A model generated the notes under the pieces. The model made no database searches. It worked only from the letters and a program-made list of their open reading frames with translations, and was not told where the DNA came from. Positions 50,171 to 63,044 of a stretch of 64,000 nt of DNA are shown here, one piece after another. Each line of letters opens with the position of its first letter. Position 1 is the first letter of the stretch. Source of the DNA: Paramecium tetraurelia (taxonomy: Eukaryota); the NCBI GenBank assembly GCA_000165425.1, contig CT868518.1:124001-188000 (forward strand). Reading direction: 5' to 3'. The position numbers and the translations under genes are program-made.

Positions 50171-53100
50171 ATGGAATCAAAAATAGTCGTATACGATCTA
50201 ACAGTGTCCAAGATATGGTGTACAATGTGTGCTAACAAAATCAAGTCAAGTTTTGAAGGACAACCAGGTATGGAGCAATAATAATGAATATTAGGGATCC
50301 AATATGTGCAGGTAAATGTTATGGCTGAAAGAGTCATAATTTCTTTTGATTAAAATATTATGTAAAAGATATCAATCTATTCTGAAGCACTATGAATTAA
50401 ATCAAGGAGATATTTGAGAAAAACAACTTCTTCATTGTTGGACAACCAAGATTAATTAATAATGATTCTAATTAACAAAGAACTTGCCAATTCTTCTTCC
50501 CAAATGCTGAGTACGACCCTGAAGAGCTTGCTGATATAAGAAATAATCTTAATAAAGAGTATTAAGGCGGATTGAGCGGGATACAAGAATTACCTTTTAA
50601 ATACAATAAATAGGTATATTTCAGATTACATTTTTATAGTCTGGATAACTAATGTCAATTAATTATTAACCACTATCCATATCAGGACATTAATTGAAGC
50701 AATTTATTGAAACATTTGTGAAAGATAAGATAATAAAAAATGATGAGAAAGAAAACTTGGACGCTGATTTGAGTCTAATTATTTATAATTAATTATTGGA
50801 AAAATTTAGGAAAAAAGAACGACTTGTTGAAAGTGTCACTTAAAAAAAATTAATTTTGGCAATAACTTTAAGTGCTTTATTTTTCTTATTATGTTCAATT
50901 ATGCCTCATTTTGAATTCTACTCACCTGTTTTGACCTACCCTAATGAGAAATCTATCTTTAGCGTATATTTAATTTTCATTTTTGTTATGACAACTTTGA
51001 CTCTAATGAAATTTGGTACATAAACATATAAAAATGCCTATTAATTGTTTGTAAAATACAAGTATAAATTGTCATAGATATTAGAATGTTTAATATGGAT
51101 ACATTATTGACTTTAGGTTCATTAGCTGCTTATGTAATGAGTATTTTTATGCTAATTGTATATACAATCGAGAGTGAAAAATAATCTACAGACAAATATG
51201 ATTAATTAGAAAGAATCATGAATGTTATTCATGACTTAGAGTCAGCTGGCTTAATATTGACAGTGATAACTATAGGAAAATATTTTGAAGGTAAAGCTAA
51301 ATAAACAATTATGGATATGCAGAATCAGATATTCCCATAAGAATAATTACTAAAAACTCCAATAGTAACCAGAGTTTAAGTGAAAAACTAGGATTATGAC
51401 ATTGATACATAACACCCATGTGAAGTATCTTTATTGGAGAAAGGAGACTTGATCATTCTTTAGAAGAATATGAAATTATTAGTTGATGGTGTCATAGTAA
51501 AAGGTTCAGTAACAGTAGTAGATTCAATATGTTACGGTTGGGATGATAAATTCGAAGCCACTATAGGTATGCGACTGAAATCTGGTGCTGATATTTTGGA
51601 TGGCTCCTGCATATTCTAAGTAGAGTAGGTGATAGAGGGTTCGATGTTATTTCAAATAGCCGAATAATTAAATTTAGCATAATCAGAAAGGGAAGACAAA
51701 ACCTTCGGAATTTCAGCAATGTTGCAATCTTTATCATAAAAGTTTGTACTTGGTGTTATTTGTGCAGCTCTATTGGTGTTATTTGTTTGGGTGCTTTTGA
51801 TTGGTTTAGACTTAGTAGAGATTGATGAATATTGTGTGTGGTGTTTCCCATTCGAAAGAGCCATATCAATACTGGTTGCTTCATGTCCTTGTGCATTAGG
51901 TCTGGCAGTTCCATCTGTTGTTATAATTACTCTTAATTTAGCGTTGAAGTCTGGAATACTAGTAAAAAAGGTATGAAATATTTGATTATGGATTAGAATA
52001 CTATTTTTGAATAAATCAGTAAAGTCAAATGCGTAATATTTGATAAGACTGGAACTTTGTTTACCAAGGTAGATCACATAGATTCATTTACTCTATTATC
52101 TAAGAATCAGACAGAGATTTGTTCAAAGAATTCAGATAAAACAATAATGAAGGTGAAACAATTCTAGAGATCCTTAGTGATGTCTGATCCTATTGAGACC
52201 AAGAGAGAACAATAATGTTGTGAAGGTACTCTTTAATCAAAACTAAAATACAATCAGACATTATCTGTCCAAGATTTATGGGCTATTATAAGTATATTAG
52301 AGAAGGAGTTCACTCATCCAATTGCTACATTGTTATTTAAGGAGTCTATATCTAGATAGATTGGTAAATAGAGTACTTTTGTATTGACAGATCAGCCAAA
52401 ATTAGAGAAGAATGGAATTATAGGAAATGTAACAAGAACTACTGATAAAGCTTAATTTAAATGTTTGATAGGAAATTTAAAACATTTAGAAAATAATAAA
52501 GCAATTTTAGAAGATTATCTATTAAATAAATGTAGATTTTTGGAAGGCAGAGGAAAAACAGTGATAATAATGGCTATTGATAACATTCCAGAGGTCGTGG
52601 TTTGTTTAGATAATAAGACTAATCTGAGACCTGAAGCCAAGGCAGTGATTCAATATTTGAGAGAAAAATTAAAGAAGCAAGTGTATATTTTATCTGGAGA
52701 TTCTTCGAAAACAGTCACTTCAGTTGGTAAGTATTTAGGAATTCCATCAATCAATTAGTTTTCTGAAATAGATGCAGAAGGAAAGCAGAGGATTTTGAAA
52801 GAACTTAGAGAGAACAATTAAGAAGTGATGATGATCGGAGATGGATTAAATGATATCTTATCATTACAATAAGCATGTGTGGGAGTAGCAATCAATGCAA
52901 AATCTGAATTGAATTTAATGGCATCTGATGTAATTATGTTGAATGAAAATCTATGGAAGGTAGCTTCATTATTCAATCTAATGAATGTTGCTCTTAAAGT
53001 TGTCTACATCAATTTATTATGGGCATTTGCTTATAATATTTTTATGGCTCGTATAATATGTTATGTAATTCTTTAGCTATTGCTGCAGGAGTATTTTATG

Positions 53101-53348
53101 GACAAGGATTCACAATATCTCCAATGATCTCATCTACTGCTATGTCCTTGTCTTCCATTATTGTCGTCCTTATTAGTAATTGTATGCGATTCATCAAATT
53201 TGATCCATCTCAATAGTTGAGTCTAAGAAAGGTGTAGGATGAAAAGATAAGTGAGGTGTCTCAATGCTCTTATGATTCCTATATTGAAGTGAATAGTTCT
53301 AGCTAATCAAACAGAAAATCAAATGCAGAGAAGATTATAACAAGTTGA
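50171..53348 (+). CDS. P1B-type heavy-metal (Cu+-class) P-type ATPase
   Basis: N-terminal HMA IWCTMC; ASCPCALGLAVP; FDKTGT; HP; MIGDGLND; WAFAYN and MSLSS ligands of the P1B-1 class. Confidence 0.9.
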
Positions 53349-53589
53349 TCACGTTAATTGTTATAATTATAATTATTATATATCAATAAACATCAATATT
53401 TATTTGATTCCATATGTATTTGATTGTTTTAATGTTAATTATTTTAAGAATCACAACGAACCAATTCTATTTATTCATTTAAACTAGAAATATTCTAGAA
53501 ATTTTTGAAATAAATAATTTTATAAATTGTCTCAATTTTAAGTATCTGATAAGTTGTGTCTTTCACTTAAATATCAATAATAAATTTAA

Positions 53590-55079
53590 ATGAAAACATA
53601 ACACCTAATTTTAGTGACCCTTTTGCTTATATTTGCATCTCCTTAACTCACAGTATATATTTCTATCTTTATATCTAACCAATCAAACTGAAGAAGAGAT
53701 CAAGATTAATCTTAATTCATAAGAGTAATTGGATATCCAAGAAAATGGAATCAAAGCTAATTAATTATTCGATAAATTATATGACATTAATTAAGAAACA
53801 TATGATTTAAAAGAAAAATACATTTAAATTTTACAAAAATAGATATAATATTCATTAAAAGTCCAATTGGATTGATTGAAAAACAAAATGGTATTGCGAT
53901 CAAAAACTTGGATAAAATCATTTGGATTCAGAATTTCGATAATCTTTTAATCTTAGTTCTTCAGTAATCATTTCATTTCTATGCTAGATATAATAAGTGT
54001 TAAATTATAATTTTTATAAAGCAGAAGATGAATTAAATGAAAATTTAATCAAAACAAACTTAATTCATTAGTTCTATTGTCCGATAATTACACATTTAGA
54101 AGTTAAATCATTGAAAATTTAGAACAATAATTAGAAATGGAGACCTAAAAGAGCCAGAGTTGATAGATTGAAAGCGTTCACTTCTAATTATAAGAATTTT
54201 GCTGCTTTTACACTCATATTGCACAAAAGAAATAACAATTTTGAATAATATGAATATAATTTGACTTACACTGACAAAATCTTGGATTTCTTGTACTAAG
54301 AAAGGCTAGATTTATTTAAAAGATTGAATGAGGACAATTATTTAAGAGTCTTTGTAGGACCAATTCAAACTCAAGTTCATCTCTTGATTAAAGGAAGTAT
54401 AAGTCAAGATCTATTAATGCTTAGTACTAGGTTGCTAAAAATAATAAACTTAATGATTTAAAATACAATCGTTTGCTCTTTACATATTCAACCTTTCATG
54501 AAAATCGAAGCTTATGGTCCTTATTTGATTTTGATTAATCCATAGACACACCCAAACTTGTTATTACAGAAAACAACTTTAAAAATACATTTGCTAATCT
54601 AAAACTCTGAATCATTGACTATTCAAAAATTTATCGATGACTTTGGAAATAAAAATCTAAAAGAATTTTATAAATCTGAGCCTATACCTGAATACACAGA
54701 AAATAAAGATATATATAATATATTTGGACAAACTATTTTCATACGAAGTTCTCAATAAAAGAAAGAATTTTTTTAATTATTATTTTGGGATTCAAAAAAC
54801 TAAGAGTTGTTTTGAGATTATTTCAAGCTTCTTGATGGCTTTTCATTAATTTAAAATAAGGATAAGATTAAAATTGGCCGCATTGATGTTGCAAATTATT
54901 AACATCCTAAAGTAACTGTATACTCAGTTCCAAAATTGATGTTTTGCTTAGCAAAAGATAAAAAGGCTCCTAAATAATATTTGAAAAGCTCAAATCCTGT
55001 AATTTCAGAACTTAAGGCCTGGTTAAATTGTTGTATTGGCGATGGTATTACTTATAACGTAGAAAAAGCTGATCTGTAA
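53590..55079 (+). pseudogene. Protein disulfide isomerase-like (thioredoxin-fold ER protein), probably a pseudogene
   Basis: Signal peptide; KSEPIPE PDI linker; IGRIDVANYQHPKVTVYSVPKL; in-frame TGA at 54813; frameshift near 54735; KADL followed by TAA (Gln) instead of TGA; no CGHC. Confidence 0.6.
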
Positions 55080-55708
55080 GTATCTCTTGTGTTTATAATA
55101 TTGTCAATTAATTTTCCAAATAGACTTACAAAACTTAGTTAACTTATATAATTAAAACTACTTATTATTATTTTTAAATTGAGTGAATTCTTGATTCAAG
55201 CTAAAGTATTTCATTATAAACTACTTTCAACAAAAAAGGGTCATTTAATTCAAATCTATTTAAATATATATTAGTTTTAAATGTATCATCTTTTATCTAA
55301 TGATTTTTGTCTAGAACTTTTATTTTATTAATTTTTTTAGAATAGGAATCGTAAAATAGATTATGTATTTTTCATCTCAAGTTAATTCATCCTAGGATTT
55401 TGAATGTCTCTCATAATTTAATTTTAGTTTTCTTAATTTTATATTAGAGCTATAAAACCATTAATAATAATAATTTAATCAATCTGAGTGGAATCAAAGG
55501 AAATCCAATTTACTTTTATAGCCTTTAATTTGGAATAAGTTTACTTGTCTTTATTTTAAAATGAAAACAGATTGAATTTCATTTTTTAATAAGAATAATG
55601 GTTCAACCTAAATTGTCAGACTACCATGTGACAAATTAAGTTTGAGAAGAATAATGATTTAATAAATAATTTAGTTGCATTTTCGAAATATATAATTCCA
55701 AATTCGGC

Positions 55709-56790
55709 TCAATCTGATTTCAATTATTATTAAGGTTCTCTAAAGGAATTGCTCTAAAAGCTTTGATTGGTATCTTAAAATAATAACAATAATATAAATT
55801 TTACCCTCTTTGCTTGAATTATTGTTATTTTCATTATCATTATTCAATTCATCCTTATCACTTCCATTACTTTTAGTAGTTTAAGTTTATTGAGTGGAGT
55901 TAGTAAAGGGATATTGGACTATTGGGAATATAATGGAATACTTACAATGGTATTTTTATTCAGGTTGTGATTAAGATACATTAGCCAATACTTAGAAAAG
56001 TAAGTCATTACAAATGGAGTTTTAATTTTTTATAATACTTAATTCTCTAATCTATTGTCTCGAGGAATCAATTAAAGTTGATAGGGTACTTTAAAACTAG
56101 GAAGTATATCAATAATTGTAACTTAATCAAATTATTAATAGAAGTAGATGAGTTCTTTTTATATTTATTCGATATCTGTCTTCAGTTCTGAATAGTTGGA
56201 ATATAATTGAGTAACTTCCTGCTTTGCTTTATTCTGCTATTTGAGATAATGACATCTCTGCATAACGCCATTTTTCCTCATGATTTTGTAAAGGAGATCT
56301 CTATTCTAATCAATTAGATTACTCTCTTCCTTTTAAGAAGCAATGATGACTGAACTAATACTGATTGTTGACATTTCTTATCTTCTTGAAGCCATACATG
56401 TTCAATTGTCTTATGAAGGAACTAAAGTTCTGATGTTTATATTATTTTGGTAACACATATTCACTAAATCCATTTTGATCCTTGACTATAAAAGCATTTC
56501 CGGCACTATTAAATGAGATGATATCCTCAAATTCTGGATTCTAATTATTTAGTTTAAAATAAATTTATTAATATATTGGTTCATATTGTAATTTTCCAGA
56601 ATTTAATTCTCAAATCATTATATTTGATTCACAAATTAAGGGTCTGGATTACAAGAAAGTGGGTTGTATAAAATACCATAACCATCGAGTAAGTTTTTAA
56701 GAGAAAACTCGAAATTCCTCTTCTAGTAGGTGGATTGGTAATATGGTTATCTCTTGAAGTATAATGACAATTATTGTTCTTCTAATTCAT
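55709..56790 (-). CDS. Heat-shock-factor (HSF)-type DNA-binding protein
   Basis: SSFLLKTYSMVM / NPEFEDIISFNSAGNAFIVKD...[26 protein letters not shown]...FSHHCFLKGR; coiled coil follows; 3' end approximate. Confidence 0.88.
56541..56676 (-). other. Unusually long (136 nt) GT-AG intron containing a 69-nt hairpin (56586-56654)
   Basis: Removing GTATTT...AATTAG joins KTYSMVM to NPEFEDII in frame; nested stems TTGTAAT/ATTACAA, CCAGA/TCTGG, TTAATT/AATTAA and TCAAAT/ATTTGA. Confidence 0.75.
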
Positions 56791-56943
56791 TAAAATTAAT
56801 ATATAATAATATCGTTTTGATTAATTTAGACTATAAAATTGACGATAATAGTATTGCGACTCCAAGCCTTCAAACAAGCTGTCCATATATATAATTCATT
56901 TAAATATATATATATATATTTTATAAATAATTTATATATAGAT

Positions 56944-58042
56944 ATGCTTAATCGTGCTATTAACACAGGGTTTCGTAAAGCATTGCCATCATTCACATTC
57001 TCATCAAGAAGTAAAAAATCCAACTTAAACCTTCTAGATGGCCCATATAACCCAAACAGATATAGACATTATTTGAACCCAAACTTCTTCTAATCCAATA
57101 AGGAAATTGCTGATATCGCAAAATCATAGTAAGTCCCACTCCCAGGTAATCTAAATTCATAACTACTACAGTTCGAAATGTCAGACATGTCAATCCAGTC
57201 AGATAATCTGGTCCTCTTCCTCCTTATGATGGACCCTATACGTATTTTTATCCTTCATAATCAAAATTAGAATGGAAGATGTAAGAGCTGTTTGGTAGAA
57301 TACTTCCATCGGTAGATAAGGAACATGGAGTTGTTAGATGGATCCCGATGAAATCATGAGAAGAGTCCCAGGTGCCATCTATATTCTATTTTGTAGGAAT
57401 CACTAGAAGAGAAGTTGAAAAGATCCTAAATATGGGATTGACACCATAAGAATAAGTTGATTTTGCATATTTGGTTTATAACTGTGGTTTCGATGTGGAT
57501 TATGTTCCAAACAGCGTTTATGTTGCAAGATAAGTCGTTACCAATTCAAAAGGAGAGAAAGTTGAAATCTTATGGAATGTCTAAGTTCTTGAAGATCTCG
57601 CCAAACTACCTGTAGGTTTTGCTCCTGTGAGGGAATTAATTGATTATCATTGGGAAATCTTTCTTTGGTCAGATCCAATGATCAAACCAACTGGTGATTT
57701 AGATCTTGGTGTTCCCAATACCTGGTTTGAATACGAATGCGAATGTAATTATGTCCTTTGCATTTTCTAAAGGGGGAGGTGAAATGGTTGGAATTGAAGA
57801 TTAATTCAACATCCCAGAAAGTGATAGAGTATTCCCATCTCCAAGAAATCCTAATTGCAGAAGAGAACTCTGGAAATCTCAAGATGATATCCAAGAATAA
57901 TTAGAAATGGAAGGTAAAACTCAGCTTAATCCATTTTTTAGATGAAAATTGGTATCCTAAGGGAACTTCATATAATATCTACCAGTAAGCAGACTATAAA
58001 AAAGTAACTAAATCAGATAGCACATTTTAAGAAAAAATATGA
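56944..58042 (+). CDS. Nucleus-encoded mitochondrial protein (possibly a ciliate-specific ATP synthase or respiratory complex subunit)
   Basis: Presequence-like MLNRAINTGFRKALPSFTFSSRSKK; well-formed ORF with about five short introns; ends KSDSTFQEKI*; complex assignment is a guess. Confidence 0.7.
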
Positions 58043-58294
58043 TCATTACAAATATTAATGCAATTATAATATAATATAATCTTATTTAGGTTTTAGATAG
58101 GATTATAATGTTCTGTATTTTTATATAAAATTGTTTTAATAATATTATATAAATGAGGAAGCAAAAAATTTCTGAACAATTGTCAAGTTATTAGTATTAA
58201 ATCTAAACAAGATGGAACTCTCCCAAACAAAGAATTTAAGAATAATTTATAATTTATTGAATTTTTATTCACATAACTCATGATAATAAATAAC

Positions 58295-59337
58295 TCATTA
58301 AAAAATGTTTTAGATATTTTGAAACTATTAGTTGATACTTACTTAATCTATAATATAAATATGAGATTTTTACTTGGAATTGACATATTTGTAAGTCTGA
58401 GGAAATTAGAATAATGTATCTATTGTACTTATGAGAGGGAAGAGTTTAAGGTTATGTATTCTTCGAAATCAACTTATTTATCATTCATCCACTTTTTTAA
58501 CATTGTGATAATTTTAATTTTTTCTTGCATTCTCTCAATGTCTGTTTTGAGTTTAGACATGAGATTCTTCTTAATTTCAGAGGAAATTGAGACAGGAGAT
58601 ATAGAATTCTCTAATATTTCAGCAACTTATTTATAATTCACTCTTGGCTTTGGTTTTATCAAATGATTGTTTGATTTACTCTAGGACTCAGTATTGAGAT
58701 CAGGCTGAGATTTGATTTGAGTTGCTAAAAATGATAGATCATTCATCTTCCACAAACTTTCCATTGGAAAATCTCTGAACATTATTTATTCTTAATCTGA
58801 GAATTTGGATTCATATTTGTCAGAAATTTCATTGTTATTGGATTTGCATTTTCTATATTATATTAGTTAAGTTTTATAGGTAGATTGCTGCAATCTGAGT
58901 TTCTTTCCGCTTCTAGTTAGGTTATCTATTAGATCAATATTATCTGATATGAGATCGCTCAGTCCATCTTCTTTGGAAATAAAGATATGCCTCTTCCTAA
59001 AGATTTTTTAAAAGGTTACTTGCAATGTTCTTAGGGGCAATTACCTAAGAAATTATAATGTGCACAAATATATGCATGTTTTAGAGTCAAGTTCTAGAGA
59101 TCAGCAGAGCTTTTACTAACTTTTTTAAATGAACTCATATTTAAATGGATGTTCCTGTCACTATTTTGCTCACTCTATCATTAATAACTATGAATAAATT
59201 ACAGAACACAATTGTTGTGATGAATAGCTATAATCACTTTGTTCTTATACACCTAAACCTTAAGAAACCAATTTTGATGTCATATGATTGGTAGGTTTAG
59301 ATGTTTATAAATCGCTGTCCTACTAATGAAAGTCCAT
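58295..59337 (-). CDS. Hypothetical protein with Cys cluster (CAHYNFLGNCPQEHC) and C-terminal coiled coil
   Basis: Long TGA-free frame from MDFHQQDSDLQ; 3' end uncertain. Confidence 0.5.
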
Positions 59338-59554
59338 ATCTATAATTAAAAATACTTTTTTTCTTAATAATTTCCCCCCTTTAAAAGTCCCAAATTTAAA
59401 TATTGAAGAAATGTAACGTTTAAATTCTTGTTCAACACATTGTGAAGGTTAAAAAGTATAGAAGAGTTAAAGCACTTAACTGTGATGACATACTTTTAAA
59501 ATTTTTATATAAACAGAATAATTACGATACGACTTAAAAATTATATAAATAAAA

Positions 59555-60689
59555 ATGTTTATTATTAACTCAATTGCAATTACCAATGATCAAAAATATG
59601 TTATCGGTGCAACTAACACTGGAGCACTTTATTTTTGGGACTTTGAAAATATTCTCCTAGAAAATAGCAGCCGTACATAAGAAAAGACGTATAATCATCC
59701 ATAAATAATTAGACAAAATACTCTAATATACAAAGCATCATATAAATTTCCTCTTTTCAAAGACTCAATATAATAAATATTACTCATTCAAGAGAATTTG
59801 TATTGCGTAGTTGCTAATAAATTGTATCAGGTCTAAATGTCATCATTGATATCTCCAAATCAAATTATTGACACAGATTTAAATTCCTCCATCATGATTG
59901 TAATTCTAAATACTACTTCTTTAGTAATCTTTTTAAGAAGAGATTGAATTTATTAAATACAACAATGAAATACTTATTGTTGCTGTGGGATCTAGATTAT
60001 ACTTTATTGATTTATAGCATGAGAATAATATAATTGAGTAATTATGAATTTACTATTACTAAAGGGAAATCGACATCACTTAATCAATCAATGATAATAT
60101 ATATACCTTAGTACCAATTAAAGATGTGAAAATAACTAGTTTGGCTGTGATTGGGCAGAATTTTCTAGCTATCGGATCAGATATTGGAATAATAGGAATT
60201 TGGTGTAAGATATCAACATATATCAATGATAGCTATTTCAACATATTCATTCCAATCCGTGCTCAGTTTTAAAGGTGCAAATTAAGAATTATCATATGTT
60301 AATGATGTATGTGATATTTGATAAATTCAATTTAGATTTTGTATATGGAAGATGAACAATAAATAATTAGTTTGCATAAGAATTACTTAGTCATTTGGAA
60401 TTCAATTCTAAGAAATGACGATGAAATTAGACCCATTTCTGATTATTACAAAATGTGCAGTTTCTAAAACAATGTAAATTCTTCATATATTTAGATTTAT
60501 TTAACAAAAGGTAACAGATAAATTGAATAAATGAATTCAAAAATAACACTCTAGACCTCATCAGATGTTATATTATAGTTCAGCACGATTTCTTATTAGA
60601 ATAGTAATGTTCTTATCGCAAATGGCTCGAGTCCATTTGTAGATATTTATGTAGATAAAAATTATACATTGACATTAAGTTGTTTATGA
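59555..60689 (+). CDS. THOC6: WD40 protein, THO complex subunit 6-like
   Basis: MFIINSIAITNDQKYVIGATNTGALYFWDF start and NGSSPFVDIYVDKNYTLTLSCL* end resemble THOC6 termini; many short introns. Confidence 0.55.
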
Positions 60690-60979
60690 TATATTATACA
60701 TTACAAGATCAAAGTTTAAATAGTATTTCTTCTCTATTCTTATAAATAGTTGTTTATTTACAAAAAAATTAATATTCAATAAGCAATATCCATAGTTTTA
60801 TCGATAGAATCGTATTTGATGTTGGAATGATGTGAATAAAAGATGAGAAATACTATTTGAAAACTTTCTAATGAGAACTTAAAATAAGAGGAAGTAATTA
60901 ATTCTAGGTATAATATTTATTTTTGATTATCTCAATATCCATAATTATTATTTATTATATTTATGTTTGTCCGTATATA

Positions 60980-61492
60980 TCAAAATTCATATTGATCAGT
61001 TTTGTATTCCTCCTCTTATTTGGGCTATCTGCCTCTTTTCATCAACAGCAATTGTTTAGTACTTTACAATTAGGCAGCTGTTTTCGGATGTATCCAAGAG
61101 GGAATCATTTTCTATACAATCCTATTGTAAACAATATCCATTACATATCCAAACCACCTGGAGGTCTTTTATTCAATCTTTCTTATCTGAATTTAAATTC
61201 TTCTTCAGCATAATTCATTAAATTCTTTTTTATTTTTTCAATTCTAATTCATCAAACTACTATACCTCTATTCTCTTGTTCTCTCTCGTTTATGTCCTTT
61301 AGGTTTTCTATGATAAGGACTTAATTCTCTGTTTTTGGGTTATTCATAAATCCAGGGGAGTCCATGAAAATAAAATTATTTCCTCAAAAGGCCCTTATAT
61401 CTACCAGATATATCTGGACCAAAAAATTTGCCATTCACCATTTTCTTATTAAAGCATGACCTAAATGATAAATACGACAATCTAAGCCACAT
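60980..61492 (-). CDS. Mitochondrial ribosomal protein mL59 (yeast MRPL25)-like
   Basis: NGKFFGPDISGRYKGLLRKQFYFHGLPW...RKPKGHKRERTREQRIEKIKKNLM. Confidence 0.7.
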
Positions 61493-61514
61493 TATTATAT
61501 ATATATTAATTAAT

Positions 61515-62308
61515 TCATTTTAATAAAGCTAATTTCTTTTCAAGATTGCTGAGACTCCTTTTCGTTTCTTCTACAGATTGTTTAAGTTCCTAATCATCAA
61601 GTTAAACTGATGTAGGTTTTTAAACCTTGGGGATTTATTAAGCATACCAAGGATCTGTTTTATTTTGGATCTCTATTTTTATGTTTATCTCCTCAATATA
61701 CTAAACTTCAGAATGTAAACATTATTATTCTCTAGTATAGCCATCCAGCCTTGAAAGTGACTTGATAGCTTTGAATATCTAATTCCTATAGTTATTAATA
61801 TCACAGATAGGATTTTTTAGTTCACCTGATGGTAATTATAAATAGAGTATAGTAAAGGTCTCAATGCTATCTAAATCTTTAATGGCCTCAACACTCTAAA
61901 TAAGATTGCCTTAAGCTTCCAAATTTTGAAGTGAATTTAACCCAACTAAATCTAATTTAGCGATTTGATTATTGGAAATATTCAAAATGGACAGATACTT
62001 CAGAGTGTTCAATGGTGAAATGTCGCTTGGAATAAATGATAACATATGATACCTAATTGAATTATTGTGAAGATTCAATTATACTAATTAAATACATTCT
62101 GCTAAACAATCAATTTTCTCAATCTTTTAATTGCTAAGATCTAGGTCGAATATGGTATTGATTTCAAATGTGTTGGATATAGTTTTAATTATTTCTAAAT
62201 AAGTAAATAAGTAAAGATAATACATAGATTAAGATTGCCTTATAAATTGAAATCTTGAGTTTATTTGAGATCGCGATATTTATTAATATCAATGGACGCA
62301 GTATTCAT
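61515..62308 (-). CDS. LRRC61: Leucine-rich repeat protein, LRRC61-like
   Basis: TFEINTIFDLDLSNQKIEKIDCLAECIQLVQLNLHNN, ILNISNNQI, KNPICDINNYRNQIFKAIKSLSRLDG. Confidence 0.7.
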
Positions 62309-62394
62309 TCCTAAATATTTAGATTTATTCGGATTTGGCCGTACATCAGAATTTTAATGATTGTTTTTATCATATTTCATTATATATTTATTAT

Positions 62395-62999
62395 TCACTT
62401 ATCAAACCATAACAATTATTCCTTTCTCTCTTTCTCGGCTATGAATGAATCAAATTCGGCTTTAATTGCAGAAAAGTCTTCACCTTTATAAGTGACCTAC
62501 AAGGCAAGAGCAGGAGATGTATCTTTGATACCATCCACTTTATTCTTATGTCTGTGTGCAGGTGATTTGGCAGGATCCACAGCTTTTGGGATAATAGCTC
62601 CGCTCAATTTTGACACTCTCACAGGTGTGCCATCCTCTAAAAACCCTCTTTGAACCTAATCCTATAGTGTATTTATACTTTGGTTGGTTTGCCTTTTTCA
62701 GGATCAATGAGTGCTATTTTACTTAGATGAAGGGGTCTAGTGATTTGCTGAATACCCGAGCCTGAGGGATCATCTAACTAGGCCTTTCTTTTGAATTTCT
62801 AGTTGATTCCTTGGACGAGCACTTCATTTGATTTACGATAAACTCTCAAAACTGTTCCTGTTTTTCCAGAATCCTTTCCTGAGACAACAACGACTTTGTC
62901 ACCTTTGATCACATTCCATTTTTCAAATGTGATTTGCTTAGCGAATTGGGCAATGGGTGTCTGTCGATTTAGATAGAGTGTAGAGAGTGCTTTTAACAT
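62395..62999 (-). CDS. MRPL24: Mitochondrial ribosomal protein uL24m
   Basis: [43 protein letters not shown] motif; [24 protein letters not shown]. Confidence 0.9.
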
Positions 63000-63044
63000 A
63001 AATAATTAATTAACTATAACATTTTTTGTTTTTTAAATTAAGCG

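Noticed and set aside
56586..56654. HSF intron hairpin as a retained IES or a canonical snoRNA
   Set aside because: Ends do not match the TAYAG inverted IES consensus, excising it would still leave an oversized intron, and no C/D box pair or two-hairpin H/ACA layout is visible; kept only as alternatives to test
56904..56918. (TA)n run between HSF and the mitochondrial gene
   Set aside because: Short microsatellite, expected in AT-rich intergenic DNA
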